A stretch of 64,000 nucleotides of DNA, taken from Epiperipatus broadwayi (Eukaryota > Animalia > Onychophora). Made by a program: the position numbers and the translations under genes. The notes under the pieces were generated by a model. The model did no database searches. It was not told the DNA's origin and was given only the letters and a program-made list of their open reading frames with translations. The DNA is taken from contig JAQFVV010000005.1 in the NCBI GenBank assembly GCA_028023455.1, forward strand, positions 9,858,001 through 9,922,000, in the 5' to 3' direction. Position 1 is the stretch's first letter. Each line of letters starts with the position of its first letter. Positions 11,421 to 25,926 of the stretch are shown one piece after another.

Positions 11421-12630
11421 ATTCTGGCAAGGGAATTTAGTTTTTAACAATGCATCCTTTAGATAAAACTTATTATAATTTATTTATAATACTCTCTTTG
11501 CAAAATACTTAAAATTGGTATCCTTATCAGTTGCAAATAAATTATAAGAGAGCTATTATATCACTAAATTGACTAAAAACAAAAAAATTTAAAAGCAGCA
11601 CAAAATTTTAGAAAATTACTAGCACAACTACTGAACTAACTGTGCATCAGTATTTATACCCAAAAAATTACATCATTTTATTGGTGGATTATGCTTTTCA
11701 CTTGATACTTAATTTGCATATAACTTTGATATCACATAATTAAAATCAAAAAATAAAATTATGACTCATTCTTATTTAAAATATTACTTTAAAATATTAA
11801 TTCCAAATCAGTTTTATACTTTATTAAAAATAACTAAACATTTTAAAATGACTTTTTAAAACAATATTTTATCAATTTATTCCACCTTTTATTTTTAATG
11901 TATCTATTTTATTTAAAATAAAATATTTAATTTTTATTAACTACATCCATTTTATAAAAACTATTTAAAACATTTAATCATAACTAATTTAAATACTTTC
12001 CCTTGTGATAGATAAATAAATGTATTCAATTCTATAGTGTAATTTTTTAAAGTAATTTTGAAACTTTGTTAACACAAACACTAGTAAGCATGTGTGCAGG
12101 ACTGTATACAGGTCACATGACTTACAACTGAGACAGACTATATCGAAATTCTGTCTGGAAAATATTAAATGTTAATTGCACTAATTATTATATTAAATAA
12201 ATAATATAATAATAAAATTTGGAATAATAATTTTAAAAACATAGAATTAAATATTTTTCCTACCACAAAGATTACTTTTAAAACATATAATATTAAATAT
12301 AATTATTAGATATAATTTATACTTTAAAATATAGTATTTATTTAATTACAAGTTTTGCTATTAAAATTCAACTTTTAAACATATATTGCTACATTATTTA
12401 TTATGGCCAGCTTTCCCAACCATATACAATTAATACATTTAACTTTATTTAACTGTTTTAATGTTATTTAGCACAATTTTAGGCATTAAATATTTTTTAT
12501 CTTGCTTTAATTGAATTTTTAAAAGATTATCAATATAATATAATCATTGTACAAAGAGAACATATCCTAAATTTAAAACTTTTTAGTAAATTATTATAAT
12601 GAATTAATTCTGACCTAAAGAAAAGGGCGC

Positions 12631-12651
12631 AATATATATATATATATATAT
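12631..12651. repeat. (AT)n microsatellite
   Basis: About 10 AT units. Similar shorter runs near 385, 26230 and 57780. Confidence 0.9.
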
Positions 12652-12739
12652 TGCTTCTATTGATTTTATCAAAGAATTTGACTCAATTAATCATTCAAAT
12701 CTATGGCATAATTTAAATTTATTTTGGTTATCTATTAAA

Positions 12740-13620
12740 GTTTGTTCATATTATAGAGCTTCTATATGATGGAATGAGAGGAAATGTTATTGCTACAAGT
12801 GGAGTATCAGGAATTTGCAATGAAAACTGGTGTTAACATGATATGTACAGGCTTTATCATTGTTTCAATTTTTAAGATTGTGGTCTTAGAAACTACTTAT
12901 ATACTACTTAATAAATTATGGATCAAGATGAGATATACTTGATGGTGGAAATTTATTTTGAATTGAATAAAAAGTAAAAACAAGAACTTCATTTTCTTTG
13001 TTTCTGGATTTACAGTATACTGATGATTGTACATTTCTTGTAAATTCAAAAGACACTCTACAGAATATATTTAATGTTTAGAATGCAACATATAAAGATT
13101 TTGATTTAGTAGTTAATGTTCAAAAACTCATTTCCTTTATCACCTAATGATGAAAGATCAATCTTCATCAATTTTTAGTTTCAATGGTTATCAATTTGAA
13201 AATGTAAAACTAATTTAGATCAATAGTTTTTTGAATACAGCTGTGGATTTAGATCTTGAGGTACAGCACAGACACCAATGTGTTGTTACTACTTTTAACA
13301 AACTAAGAGATAGGTTATTCTACCACAATAAAATAACGATTACAATCAAATTAATTAATACAGAGCTGTTATTTTACTTAATTTATTGTACAGAAGTGAA
13401 AAGAATTAGAAAACGTTCATACAAGAATCCCCTATATAATTCTAAAAAGACCATAAAACCAATAAATATTTTCATCAACTTGTTTGACGTGATGCTAAAG
13501 GATTCCACTACTATATAACCATATCTTCATTGGATTAGATACATGAAACAAATAAACAATACAACACTTTCTAAAAATATTTTATAACAAACTCGAGTAT
13601 GATTTTCATGGTAGAAGCAG
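12740..13620 (+). mobile_element. Highly degenerate RTE/BovB-like LINE RT fragment
   Basis: Remnants LLYDGMRGNV, DGGNLF, LDLQYTDDCTFL (YADD motif), DLEVQHR...FNKLRDRLF and LHWIRYM in the order expected for RTE ORFs, with many stops. Confidence 0.75.
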
Positions 13621-14123
13621 ACCCTGTTTATGTTATGAAGATTATTTTAGTCATTCTAAAGAATTGCAAAATTTGATTGTTCTCATTGGAAATATGTTGA
13701 TGAAAATAGACTTTTAGAAAAAGTTTGCTGTAAAAAAAGTTAAAAGACAACATCATAAAATATCAGATAAATAAAACAATGCACTGCAATGTTCAATGTG
13801 TGAACATATTTAGTTTTAATATTTAGCACAAAAATTATCACTAGTATATTATAATTTGCCTTTCTATTTTTTTGGACTTGAAAGGATTATACTTAATTGA
13901 TTACTGATAATGATTACAAACCTTATATTAATTTACATTCTTTTTTTATGTACTTCAATATATTTAAATAAATCACTGATATAATATAAAATAAAATGAC
14001 TTTATATAACAGCAATAATTGCACACACACATATATAAATACAGTATAATAAAAAATACAGAAAAGCTCTTTTTGACATTTATTTTTGACTTTTTCAATG
14101 TGTTGGGACTGTTTTAGAACTTC

Positions 14124-15993
14124 CGATGTAATGCGATGTACGGTGGCTTCTCCTTTTTCGGAGTCAGAAATCTCTCAGCCACTATGCCGTGAAAAACTTG
14201 TTAGCCAACTTACCTTCCCTTTTCATTCCCACTCTAAGTTTTTCCTAAATTCTTCATTATCCTGCTCTGCCCATTTCCACAATATAAAATCTTTGTCAAC
14301 TCTAGGGCCTTTATATGTAAATCCCCTTTATCTTTCACCAAACCCAGAATAAAAACCAAGAACCCAATTTCTGTATAATCACTGTTTATATTTATTCTCC
14401 ACTCTTTCTGCTTGCAGGCATTTAATTAATGGATGCCTAATAATTTCAATGCCTTCCTTACATAATTTGCAGACTAAATCACTCACATTTTTCCATTTAT
14501 GTGTATATTCCCTTGTTGCTAAAGATTTGGTTGAGCTTTAAACAGTAAACTACTTTCCTTGCTATTATCATAAATTAACTCACACCCAATATTGTTTACT
14601 TCTATACATATTTAAACCCTTCTTACACTTCATACTAATTCTCCATCTGTCCAACTCCCTATTTTTTTATTAATGCATCTATTCTTCTTTTCTATTCCTT
14701 GCCACTATAACACACAACAATTCTCCAAACATAATCACCTGACATTTTATATAAGTATACTGACACAAATTCTTTACTCAAATCTTCTGCATACCATACT
14801 ACCTTTCTCACCCATCTTGTATCCTCTCCTTTTCTCACATCCCAATTAGATATTATTTTGGATATCCTCTTATTATCTATAAATTAAAATCTATCAAAGT
14901 TTCATTTTGCATCTCTCATATAAAAACTTGACCAATCCATCCTTTCTTGAATTGCTCCCTTTGCCATCTATGCATCTGCATCTAATGCATGTCTTCCTAT
15001 TTCTTTTTGTACTTTTTCTAAGTAATCTAACACATCTTTACTAGCATATAATGCATCATTACCATATATTAACACTGGTAGTGCCACTCCCTTTTATTTA
15101 TTGTATGAAAACACTGACAATTTCTTTATCAGTTCCTTTCTTTTCTTTGCTTCACTTATCTATTTTTCCCCCATTCATCCATGCAATTTATATGATTACT
15201 TAAGACGATTCCCTAGTTACAACTATTAACCATACTTAACTTTATATCCCCAATAAAAATTCTTGCTCTTCTCTTCACCCAATATTAATCATCATTACTT
15301 TTGATTTTTCTTTACTAAATTTAATCTCTATCTCTTTACCCATCTTTGTGCATGTCTTGTGCATAACTTCCATATCTTCCCAAATGTCCATACACTAGAA
15401 GACATCATCCACAAATAAAAGATCTAATAATGTATATACTCCCTTGCCACCTATTAATGGTAACTCTATCCCTCTTCCTAATCCTTCTATTGCTCTTTCC
15501 ATTTTTCTCAAATTTAACAAACAAAATAGGTGACACAGAGCATCCTTGCGTTAGTCTCATCCCATTTCTAAATTTAACTGATTCTATATTTCCCAACTGA
15601 TATGTATACTAATTATTTTCATAGTATCTCTTAATGAGATCCATTAAAGCTCCATCCATTCCAAATTTCACTAAACTTACCCATAATCTATTTCTATTCA
15701 TTCAGTCATATGACTTCTCTATCTCTATAAAAACCATATATAAATGCCTACTTGTATTTCTTCTTAAATATATAAGTTGTGCAACTACAAATAAACTATT
15801 TCCTATATGCCTATCTGATCTAAAAACTCCTTGCATTTCTGCTACTATCTTATTTTCTTCCATCCATTTTGCTATCCTCCCAGGCAGCATATATGCAAAA
15901 ACTTTATATAAGTGATGTTACCACTATTACTCTATAATTTCTTAGATTTCTATGATCCTTATCCTTTCCTTTAAATAGTAGCCTTACTCTTGT
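14124..15993 (-). mobile_element. 5'-truncated copy B of the same RTE-X-like LINE
   Basis: Colinear with 4811-6530. Peptides GVFRSDRH...FIEIEKSYD, LTQGCSVSPILF and DLLFVDDV (RT active-site motif). Confidence 0.9.
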
Positions 15994-15996
15994 TAT

Positions 15997-16866
15997 TGAT
16001 GTTGTGTGATGGAATCTGGAGTCAGGAATATCTCAGCCACAATGCCCCGAGAAACCTGTTAGCCACCTTATCTTCTCTTTAAATTCATGACCTTTCCCCA
16101 TATTCTTTGCTATCCTATTCCATCCCATTTCCACAACATAATCTTTATCAACTCTATGGTCTTTATATCTAAATCCCACTTATCTTTCCTCAAACTCAGC
16201 ATAAAAACCAAGAACCCATTTTCTGTATATATTCAATTTGTTTATATTTATTCACCACTACTTGATTATTTGTACTCTTTCTGCTTGCAAGCATTTACAT
16301 TTAATTAACAGATGCTTAATATTTTCTGTGCTTTTCTTAAATATTTTTCCATTTATGTGTATATTCCCTTATTGCTAAAGATTCTATTTAAGCCTTAAAC
16401 AGTAAACTACTTTCTTTGCTATTATCATAAATTTTCTCACATTCAATATTCTGTTTACTTCTATATATATTTAAACTCTTTTTACTTTCCATACTAATTC
16501 TCCATCTCTCCAACTCCCTATTTTTAATTACTGCATATATTCTTCTATTCCATTCCTTGCCACTATAATACTCAATAATTCTTCTAACACAATCAGCCAC
16601 TTTAAGTATACTGACATAAATTCTTTATCTAAATCTTCTGCATACTATACTACCTTCCTCACCCATTATATTGCCTGTCCTTTACTCACAACCCAATTAA
16701 ATACCATTTGGGCTATTCTCCTATTATCCATAAATTGCAATCTACCGAACATTTTCATTTTGCCTTTCATATAAAAACTTGACCATCCCATTTCTCCCTA
16801 AATTGCTTCCTTTGCCACTAATGCTTCTTTTCCTACTTCTCTTTGTACTTCAATTTATAATGCATA
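15997..16866 (-). mobile_element. 5'-truncated copy C of the same LINE, abutting the 5' end of copy B head-to-tail
   Basis: Repeats the 3' 0.85 kb (gagtcag(g/a)aat(a/c)tctcagccac..., YDNSKESSLLFKA) immediately after copy B stops. Confidence 0.88.
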
Positions 16867-18939
16867 GATAGTGACATCTATCTTTTTATATATAAAATTA
16901 ATTAGAACCTATTATAACAATAAGTACAAGAAAGAGAAAAAACCTGTATAAATACATACTATATAATTTTCTATTCATTTATCATTAGTTGTAGATATAT
17001 ATAATGGAGATCAGTTACAGTGAAGTAATATATGTAATACAAAAGATTATTTTTTTATGCTTTATTGCTTTAAATAAGCAATCAGCTCTCTTGCCACAAG
17101 CACTTCATAATTTATACAATAAAAAATCAGGCATTCCTAATTGCAGAAAATTATGATGAATAAAATTAGGTGGAAGAGTGAGAATTAAATTTAAAATATC
17201 AATTTAATTTAATACGAAGTTACAATTTAACACTTGCTACTCTAACCTCATAATAAATCCATTTAACAGTATAGAGTGCAATTAAAAACTGCCATTCTCT
17301 TATTGCATAAATTATTAAACCCGGCTAGATAATTATCAATTATTTATAACAACAGTGCTTTAAGAGAATAATATATTATATATCAATATAAAATGAAATA
17401 AAAATAAATGGAAATAAATCCAATTTTGAAAAATGTCTGTATTGACTTTTTTTTTCAAGTATAAATCTGGATCATTTTAGAAAAAAAGAAATTATAGAAA
17501 AATGCAGCTATTATAAATATTATCTTAATGCTTTATACTGAGCTCCTTTATAAACTAATCATCAACAAGACAAGTGTATTTATGCATTGGTGAAAAGCAG
17601 TCAAACTTTATCTGTACTTGGGACATAAGGAATGAAAAAAAGTGAATATAAAGTTGACTGGTTAAAATAAATTAAATTTTCCAGGCTAAATGCTACTTTG
17701 CTAATAAAATATGATGAATATATAATGAAAATTATAATTTTTGAGATCTCAAAATGTTACTTGCACCCAGGTTCTTTCATAGAAAATATTGGTAATGCCT
17801 AAAATAAAAAATCTTTTAAAAATAAATATATGCAATTCAACCTGCAAAGTTGAAAAATATAAATAATTGAATGACTTTATTGCTTAGGAGTTCTTAAGAA
17901 GCGTGAATGACAAAAGTAATAGCACTAAAATTGATCTGGGGATTTCATATTCCAAATACTGTCACTCTACTAAATTATCAGCTCTAACATTATTATTTCT
18001 TAAGTGGAAATAGATAAATAAAAAAATCACTAAGAACCATGATTATGATTATTTAATCCATTTTATAAATTTGAATTGTTTATATTCAGAATGAAGTAAA
18101 ACCTGACAATGTTTTTGCCTCTTTTTTAGTGACTTTCCCACACTAACTAAATGTGCATTAGTAATTTGTAATTTTTATGACTGTTAATTAACTGTTTTTT
18201 TTTTTTTTCAAAATGTTGACATTCTATACTTTTAAAGCATTTCATAGACCAGTTCTATCCAATAAAAATATGAACCAGTATTATATTTTTTAATGATCAT
18301 AAAACATTTCTACAACTATTTTTAAGGTCAGTAAGAACATCACACATGATCACTTTTTCATTTAAATGAATAGAAAAAGAAGATTAACATTTAAAAAATG
18401 GCAAACACACATATAACTTACATACCAACCACAACATAATATTCAATGAATTAAATGAAAATCTAAATTAAATAAATCAAATATAAAACTATATATAAAT
18501 TATTATACTTCCATTTTTAATTAATAATATTGTTTGGAAATTATAAGAAATTCAAGCAGTGGAAGTGAGAGAGTGGGTGCAATCCATTGGACTTGAACTC
18601 CAGAGTCTGCCACTGCATTTAAACAGGCAGGATATTAAATAAATAAAAATATTTACTCAGTTACAAGAGTTATCTTTCAAAACTTTATCAGCATAAATCT
18701 AGAGACGATAATATTGAACAAATTTGATTCAAATGTTTATTAGCTGTATTTAACATGTAGTTCATATTTTTGAAGAAATAGCATCAATTTTATAATTTTT
18801 TACTATCTGAGATAAAGGTTTTATTTAATTTAAATAATGCATTCTATTTGTATATTTTTATATAATTCAACTGGTATTCTTTAAAAAAAAAAATACACTT
18901 CATTCTCCTCCCAATAATTTGAGTTAATAATTTATAAAT

Positions 18940-20010
18940 ACAACGACTGTTAACTTTACGGTCTTTAAAATCGATCGTTTTATTTATCATTTAAGTATAA
19001 TTGTAGAACAACAAAATAAAATAGTTATCAAACTTCACTAGATCTAAATAATATAAGTACATGGTTTTTTGGTAAGTGCATTTTCTACTCTATCATGATT
19101 CAGGAGTTCGCCTACATTCATGATGTGTTTATTACTTACAAATATTTACCTAGTTTCCTAACAACGAATTGTTTTTGTTTAATCCTTTCCAGAATTGATT
19201 TACTATAGCGGTATAGAGGTCGCTGCATTTCAGAAGCAAAAAAGGAGTTAGTCTAACCAAGACTGTCAAAGGAAATAAAACGTCATCTTTCTTCACTAAA
19301 CCGAACAAAAAAATGAAAATCCTTTTCTGATTTTAGGTAAGAATCCAGTGACTGTCTGATTTCCAATTGGCAGATTCATCTTTTTTAAGTATAACATTAG
19401 TTTATAATACGGGCCTGCAGAAAATTACGTTTTAATAAGCAATTATATTTTTAAAATAAAGTTATTCATTGAATCACTATTTTGTCATAATCCCTTATTT
19501 AAACTTTTAAAATAGTAAAGAATTAATGTTTCAATATTTCTGCGATATAATATCAGTATGGGGGTTCATCTTTTAAAATAAATTTAATACGGTTCTTTTG
19601 ATTATCGTCTTTTACAGACTAGATTTATTTTCACGACAGTTTTATTTATTGTAATTCTAGAAGAGTGGTGTTTCCTCTCTTCAAGTTAAAAGAAAAAAGT
19701 TCCTATTCAGAAATAAGTTTGAAAAGTAAAGCAACATTTATTTTATTAGATGCTAAAATAATTTGTGAACTATAAATAACTAGATAAAAAGTTATTTAAA
19801 AGGACATGATAAATAAATAAAAAGTTATTTTAAAAAATATAGTTTTCAAATTTCTCATATATATCTTATAATATCAAATTTTGATAGTTATGATTTAGAT
19901 ACCGTTTTATTCTAGTAGTTTGAGAGTAAAAATAAATTCTACAATGATTACAAAAATGTTATTTAATTGTAGAATTTCCAAATAGGCAAGGCATATTTTA
20001 TTTTCTGCGA
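18940..20010. promoter_or_regulatory. CpG-retaining island, candidate unmethylated promoter or first exon
   Basis: About 15 CpGs counted by eye in 18940-19640, versus about 5 in the first 3 kb of the window. No TE motif recognised. Donor-like tag|gtaaga at 19336/19337. Confidence 0.45.
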
Positions 20011-23000
20011 AAAGCAATTCATTCTAATAGAGATGAGTCTACTAAAAATGTTTAAAGCATTCACAATTTGATGATATGCACAGTACAATATATATATTTA
20101 ATTTAATATAATTACCAAGATTTGATTACTGTTATGGAGATTCTAATTAATCATATGTATATGTATTAGCAATTAAACAAGCAAGGAGTAATTTTAATTA
20201 TAAACAAAACAATTTATGCAGGTAATATGTCTGCATGACATTTTGAAACTAAATGTTAATGCTTTTTAAACAAAAGGCATTTAGAAGAACTGTTTTCTAA
20301 ACAACAAGCATTTATATCAATAATATTTTCTAAACAGCATTCTATAAAATACATGTCAAGTTGTAAATCTGCAGATACCAATCGTGATACCATGGAAACA
20401 GTGCAAAGATTAGTCTTTGAATACAGCTTTGATAAGATCTTAGAATTCTGACAGGGTTGTAATAGAATGAGAGAAACTAGTTGAAAGGAGGAATCAACTA
20501 AAGAGATAAGCCATTATTCTTCATAGTATCTGTTTTGTTCATGTAAAAAATGCAGATTGCATGCTACAAAAAATTGGAGAAATACTATTTAATATATTTA
20601 CTTGGATGATATTTCCCAATATTTATTTTTATATATTATTAAAAAGAATAAATTCTAGAGCACATACAATGTATATATGTCTAAGATTTAAATTTTTTAC
20701 AAGTCTTCAAGTTAATCGTGTATTAAAGGTTAAATACTAACAATCAATATATTTTTTACTTTAATTTAATAATACCCATTTAACTAATTAACTTCTAAAT
20801 TAAATACTTTTATTTATTTTAATGGATATATTCTTCTAATTTAATTTCAAAATACTGTATAATAAGAACAAAATACAACTAGATGGAGTTAAAGTAAAAT
20901 ATATTAATTGTGGATTATATAATTATGGCACTTATGTTCAATTTTTTACTATATTTAGAAAGTTGAAAATTTTTTAAATTTAAAATGTTTGTTTTATTAA
21001 CATAAATATAATTAAGTTAAGGTTAAAGACGTTTTTAATAGTAAAATCCCAGAAAAAGAAAAAACTTCTACAAAACATAGTAAATCATTTTTGGATAAAA
21101 ATATTTGAACAAAAGGCAATAACTATATTGAAAAATGAAAATATAATTAAAAATATGAAAAATTTGCTATTGATTTGGAGAAGGTTTTTGTTTCAGAAGC
21201 AGTAATAAAAAGAAATAAATTGTAAAATTTAAGGATTCTTTCATTTCTAAACTGAAATCTATAATTAAGAAATTTTTAAGAATTGACACACACACATGTA
21301 AATAAATAAATAGTAATGAATTGCTTGATACTATTATACATGTAAATTTGAGACAGGATCACAACTATAAGCAAACATATAAATGTTTGAGAAACTTAAT
21401 TAGGCCTTAAACTATTAAGTTATCTTTAACCCATCTAAGTTAAAATTCGTATTATTGTCAAACATTTAACATGATACTTTTAACATTTGTCTCGAAGTTC
21501 ATGTATTTTCCCTTGCATCAGCATATATTTTCCAAATCCTTATATTTGAGAATTGAATGTTAATCAGCTAGCATTTACATGGTATGTTTTATAAAAGAGT
21601 GATAGATGACTGGTTTCTCTAAGTTGTTTCTTCCAAAATGTAAGCTTCTGGTTAAGACCTGTAGAGGTCCCTACTATCACATTTTTACATGCATATTCTT
21701 GAGATTACAGCCTTAATAAATATTAACATGAAAAATGACAATTTTCATATTGACTGAACAACACATTAACATTAAATTTTGCTTAAATTGGGCAAAATTG
21801 ATACTGCAACATTTGAAGTGGTTCAAATTGCATATAAAAGTATGCTATGAGTTGCAATTAATCTTTTCAAATGGTTTGCAAGATTTTATGATGGCATGGC
21901 GAATATTGAAGATGATTACGAAGTTATGAAACATCACATTTCATGTTGTACACCATAATCCAGACACACACACCTTAAAATTTTTGTGTTAAATAAACTT
22001 ACTACATAAGATATGCATTGATTTAGAAATGGTGATGTGGCCATCTTGGAGAGAACCAGACATCTTTGCTCTGAGACACGCTTTTAATGTTTTGAAAATA
22101 TTAATTTCATAGTGCTGCTTCTAATGTATTTCTGGCATTGAATAGAAAATGATTGAAGCATACTAAAGGCAGAAGAATTTAAAAAATTTATATCTTAGCA
22201 TTGCATAAACTACTTTATCAAATAATTATAAATGATATAATGGCATTGAGATAATTTTTTTTGGTTATAAAATGTTTTACTTGTGAAATTTGTGACAGAT
22301 TATAAGTGATTCAGATGCCTTCTACAGTGATATATTGCCCTGCAGTTGATGTTTTCTGATTATTATCCTTTGTAAATATTAGTCACTTTTTCCCAATAAA
22401 CTTCAATATTTGGCCACAGTTGAATTCTGTCTGTAAAAGAAAAAAAAGTTATATTGATATAAATTTCATTTCCTTATACTATATGTCAAAAATAGTGCTT
22501 AATGTAACCAGTAGTCTCAATATTTTATACAATCCTAGCTTTCAGCAAACAGTTGCTTGCAGACAGTTGTTGCAGGTTCGCCTCCCTACTGATGCTATGA
22601 CATATGGAAAAAAAATACAATAATCATAAATTATATAATCAAATTTGTAAAATTTAATCACTAGATATTTAAAATAAAAATTAACTAATTGTAACCAACA
22701 AAGATTTTATTGGACTGTTTCAAAATTTTAAACACATCGAGACCTTATGGGTTTTTTAATTTTTTTTCTGAAATAGACTGTATTTGATCATTATTTTTAT
22801 CTTTACTTTTTTTGATTATTGTGCTAATACTTGGTATATCATATTGTAGTAATTTTGACAGTGAACTGATTTTTCCCATTTTTTAAAGTTGTCGACATAA
22901 TTTATAATATAAATTTTGCCCTTTAAATTTGAATTACAATAAAGTAAATTTAATTAGTCATTTCTAATTAATTAATTAAAAAAACACAGTATCAATACTG

Positions 23001-24417
23001 TAATACTATAACTCTTTTATTAATGGAGAATGGTATATGTTATAGTCAATTTTGTTTCTAAATTCAGTGCATCACACCTGACCGATCCAAATTATGCTAA
23101 AACTATTATCTTTTAGCAGTCTGGCTGAATGCCTATGGATTAATTATCTGAAAAGAAATTCTAAACTTGCATTTGACTTGAAAAATTTCCAAAATTTACT
23201 CCGCTGAATTGTAATTCCTTGTCTTGGACATTCTCTTATATAAGCAATTGCTATAATAAAGCATTATAATTTCAAAGAGATGATTGGTAATAAAAAATAG
23301 TTTTGTTTTTTTAAAATTATTGTTAAACATATAACATATATATTTTTGATTCATACGAATTGTCCATAAATAAATACATATCACTTTTAACTGCTCACTT
23401 CACTAGAAATTTCATGTTCTCCACAATTGAATTAAATAAAAAAATAATATAATTATTATTTTTAAAACATTACTTATGTAAGAGATAGATAATTTTATTA
23501 AAGTGATTTGTTATTTGTCTATTAAAATAATAATTAATATGCACTATGATGCAGCTGTATTAACTTCATTGTTTACATATGTACAAATCCATTATTTAAG
23601 GTCATAAGTCACATGGGTCAATACAGTGGACAACCTTCCATGATCTGATTGCAATTAATATTTTATTAATAAAAATAGGCTTAATGTTTTTTGTAATCTA
23701 TATCTAAATGAAGGAGTAATATTGTGGATTCAGAAATAAACATAAGTTACGAGATTTATTTGGCAATTAATAAATATAAAGAGGATAGGGAGAAAGAAAT
23801 AGACATACCTATAGAGATAGTAAAAGATTTAATGGCATACTGTAAAAATATAACATTTGAATTTAATGGGAAGTTTTATAAACAGAAGGGATTGTTAATA
23901 GGAGGTGCATTGAGTGGGGTACTGAGTGAAATTTATAGGCAGGAATATGGAAGAAGGAATGATAAGGGATGAGAATGCACCAATATTAATGAAAAGGTAT
24001 GTGGATGATTTTCTGTTGATATTTAATAGAAGTGAAAGGCAAATAAAAAGGTTTATAGATAATATAAATAAATTAGATAAGAATATAAAATTTGTAACAA
24101 AATGGGAAAGAGCTAATAGATTGATATATTTAGATATAGAGATACAGAAAGAATATAGGGGAAATAAATGTGAAATAAAAACTGGAGTGTATAAAAAAAA
24201 TGGGTAGTGAAAATGGAATAGGATGGGGTTCAAATATGGATATAAGGTTAGTGCTATAAGTTTTAAAATATTATTATGATGAAGGAGAGGAGTATGATAG
24301 AGAAATTGATAAGATAAAGGATTTTAAGGAAAATGGATATCCAGACGAGGTAGTAAAAAAGAATATAAAAAAGGTGGAAGAGATGTATAAAAAAGAGGGA
24401 AAAGAAAAAAAGAAAAC

Positions 24418-24863
24418 AAAGGTAAGAGAAAGGAAGGATTATATAGGGATAAAGGTTAATGATGATAGTATAGTGAAGGGAATTAATAATGTTATTAGAA
24501 AAATTAGTAAAGTTTTTAAGAAGAATATTAATTATAAAGTGGTAAATTAAAGGAAAAATATAATGGATATATTAAATGGTAGGTATATATGTGGGGAAAA
24601 GAAATATGTTAATGGAATTTATGAAATAAATTGTAGGAAAGGTAAGAGAAAGGAAGAATTATATAGGGATAAAGGTTAATGATGATAGTATAGTGAAGGG
24701 AATTAATAATGTTATTAGAAAAATTAGTAAAGTTTTTAAGAAGAATATTAATTATAAAGTGGTAAATAAAAGGAAGAAAAATATAATGGATATATTAAAT
24801 GGTAGGTATATATGTGAGGAAAAGAAATATATTAATGGAATTTATGAAATAAATTGTAGGAAA
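24418..24863 (+). repeat. 220-bp tandem duplication inside the PLE linker/endonuclease start
   Basis: 24421-24640 is repeated at 24641-24863 with a few substitutions and a 3-nt indel. Confidence 0.95.
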
Positions 24864-25926
24864 TGTAAGGATAAAAGGATTGTAAATAAGTATTTGAGAC
24901 AAAGAATTCAATATATACAAGGTTAAAGCAACATAGATATGATAGAGGATTACCAGTATATTTGAATTCTTTGGAAACAGGTCATGAGTTAAAGAGAGAA
25001 GATATTAGAATGATAAGTTTTGCAAATAGTAGAAGAGATAGAAAGATAAGAGAGGCAATTTTAATAAAAGAAATAAAGCCAAATATTAATAGGAAAAATG
25101 GTTTAAAGGCAATTTTAGAATAAAATGAGGAGGAATGGTAAATTATAAAGTTATGGATAGATAGTATGTTTGATGTATAGTAGAGGGAGCTGTATTATTA
25201 TAAATAAAGATTAAAGAAGTAAAAAGGATGATAGGATTGAAAAATGGAGGAAGAAAGAGTGTGAGAATGAGGTAAGAATTTAAATTAAAATTATAAATAG
25301 ATAGGGTTAGATAAAAAATAGTATAAAAATATGTATAAATAAGGAGTGAAGGAGAAGGTAGAGATAAAATAAGATAGTATAATTGAGTAAATGTTAATTA
25401 AGGTTGGAGATATGTATAATATTAAAAAAAATTTAAAATTATAAAAGTAAAATAAGTTTAAGAATTAAAATAAAATTATGATAAAAAAAGAGATTTAATA
25501 GTAATATAGAAGTAATTATGTTTTGATTTATAAAAGTTAAAAAATGTTAAAGTTGGATTATATAGAAAAGAAAAAATAATGGATTGAATAAGGTTAAATA
25601 ATTAGTGGATTAAATTGTAAGATTATAAAATAGAATATATCTTGGATAGGAGTTAATATAATAATTTAGTAAGTTTATTGAAGTTTATAAAAAAAATTTA
25701 TAAATGTAAAATATGGTAAAAGATGAAAAGTGATTTATTAATATAATAAATTATGATAGAAAGGGTATAAAAATTAAAAAATAAAAGTAAAAATAAAATA
25801 GTATTAAAGTTAAAAGAATTAGATGATAAATTATTGGATATAATATAATGTAAAATAGTTAGATTGTAGATTGTATGTATAAGTATATAAAATGTGATTG
25901 TATTTATGTAATGTTTAAATTTTGTA

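Noticed and set aside
18552-18613. tRNA/SINE-like T-arm (tgga-gttcaag-tcca on the minus strand) within a gcagtgg/ccactgc stem
   Set aside because: A-box to B-box spacing is too short and no cloverleaf forms, so it is not callable as tRNA or SINE.
23895-24233. 112-aa minus-strand ORF and similar antisense ORFs over the LINE copies (e.g. 5837-6163, 15634-15915)
   Set aside because: Stop-poor antisense frames produced by the strand-skewed composition of the retroelements.
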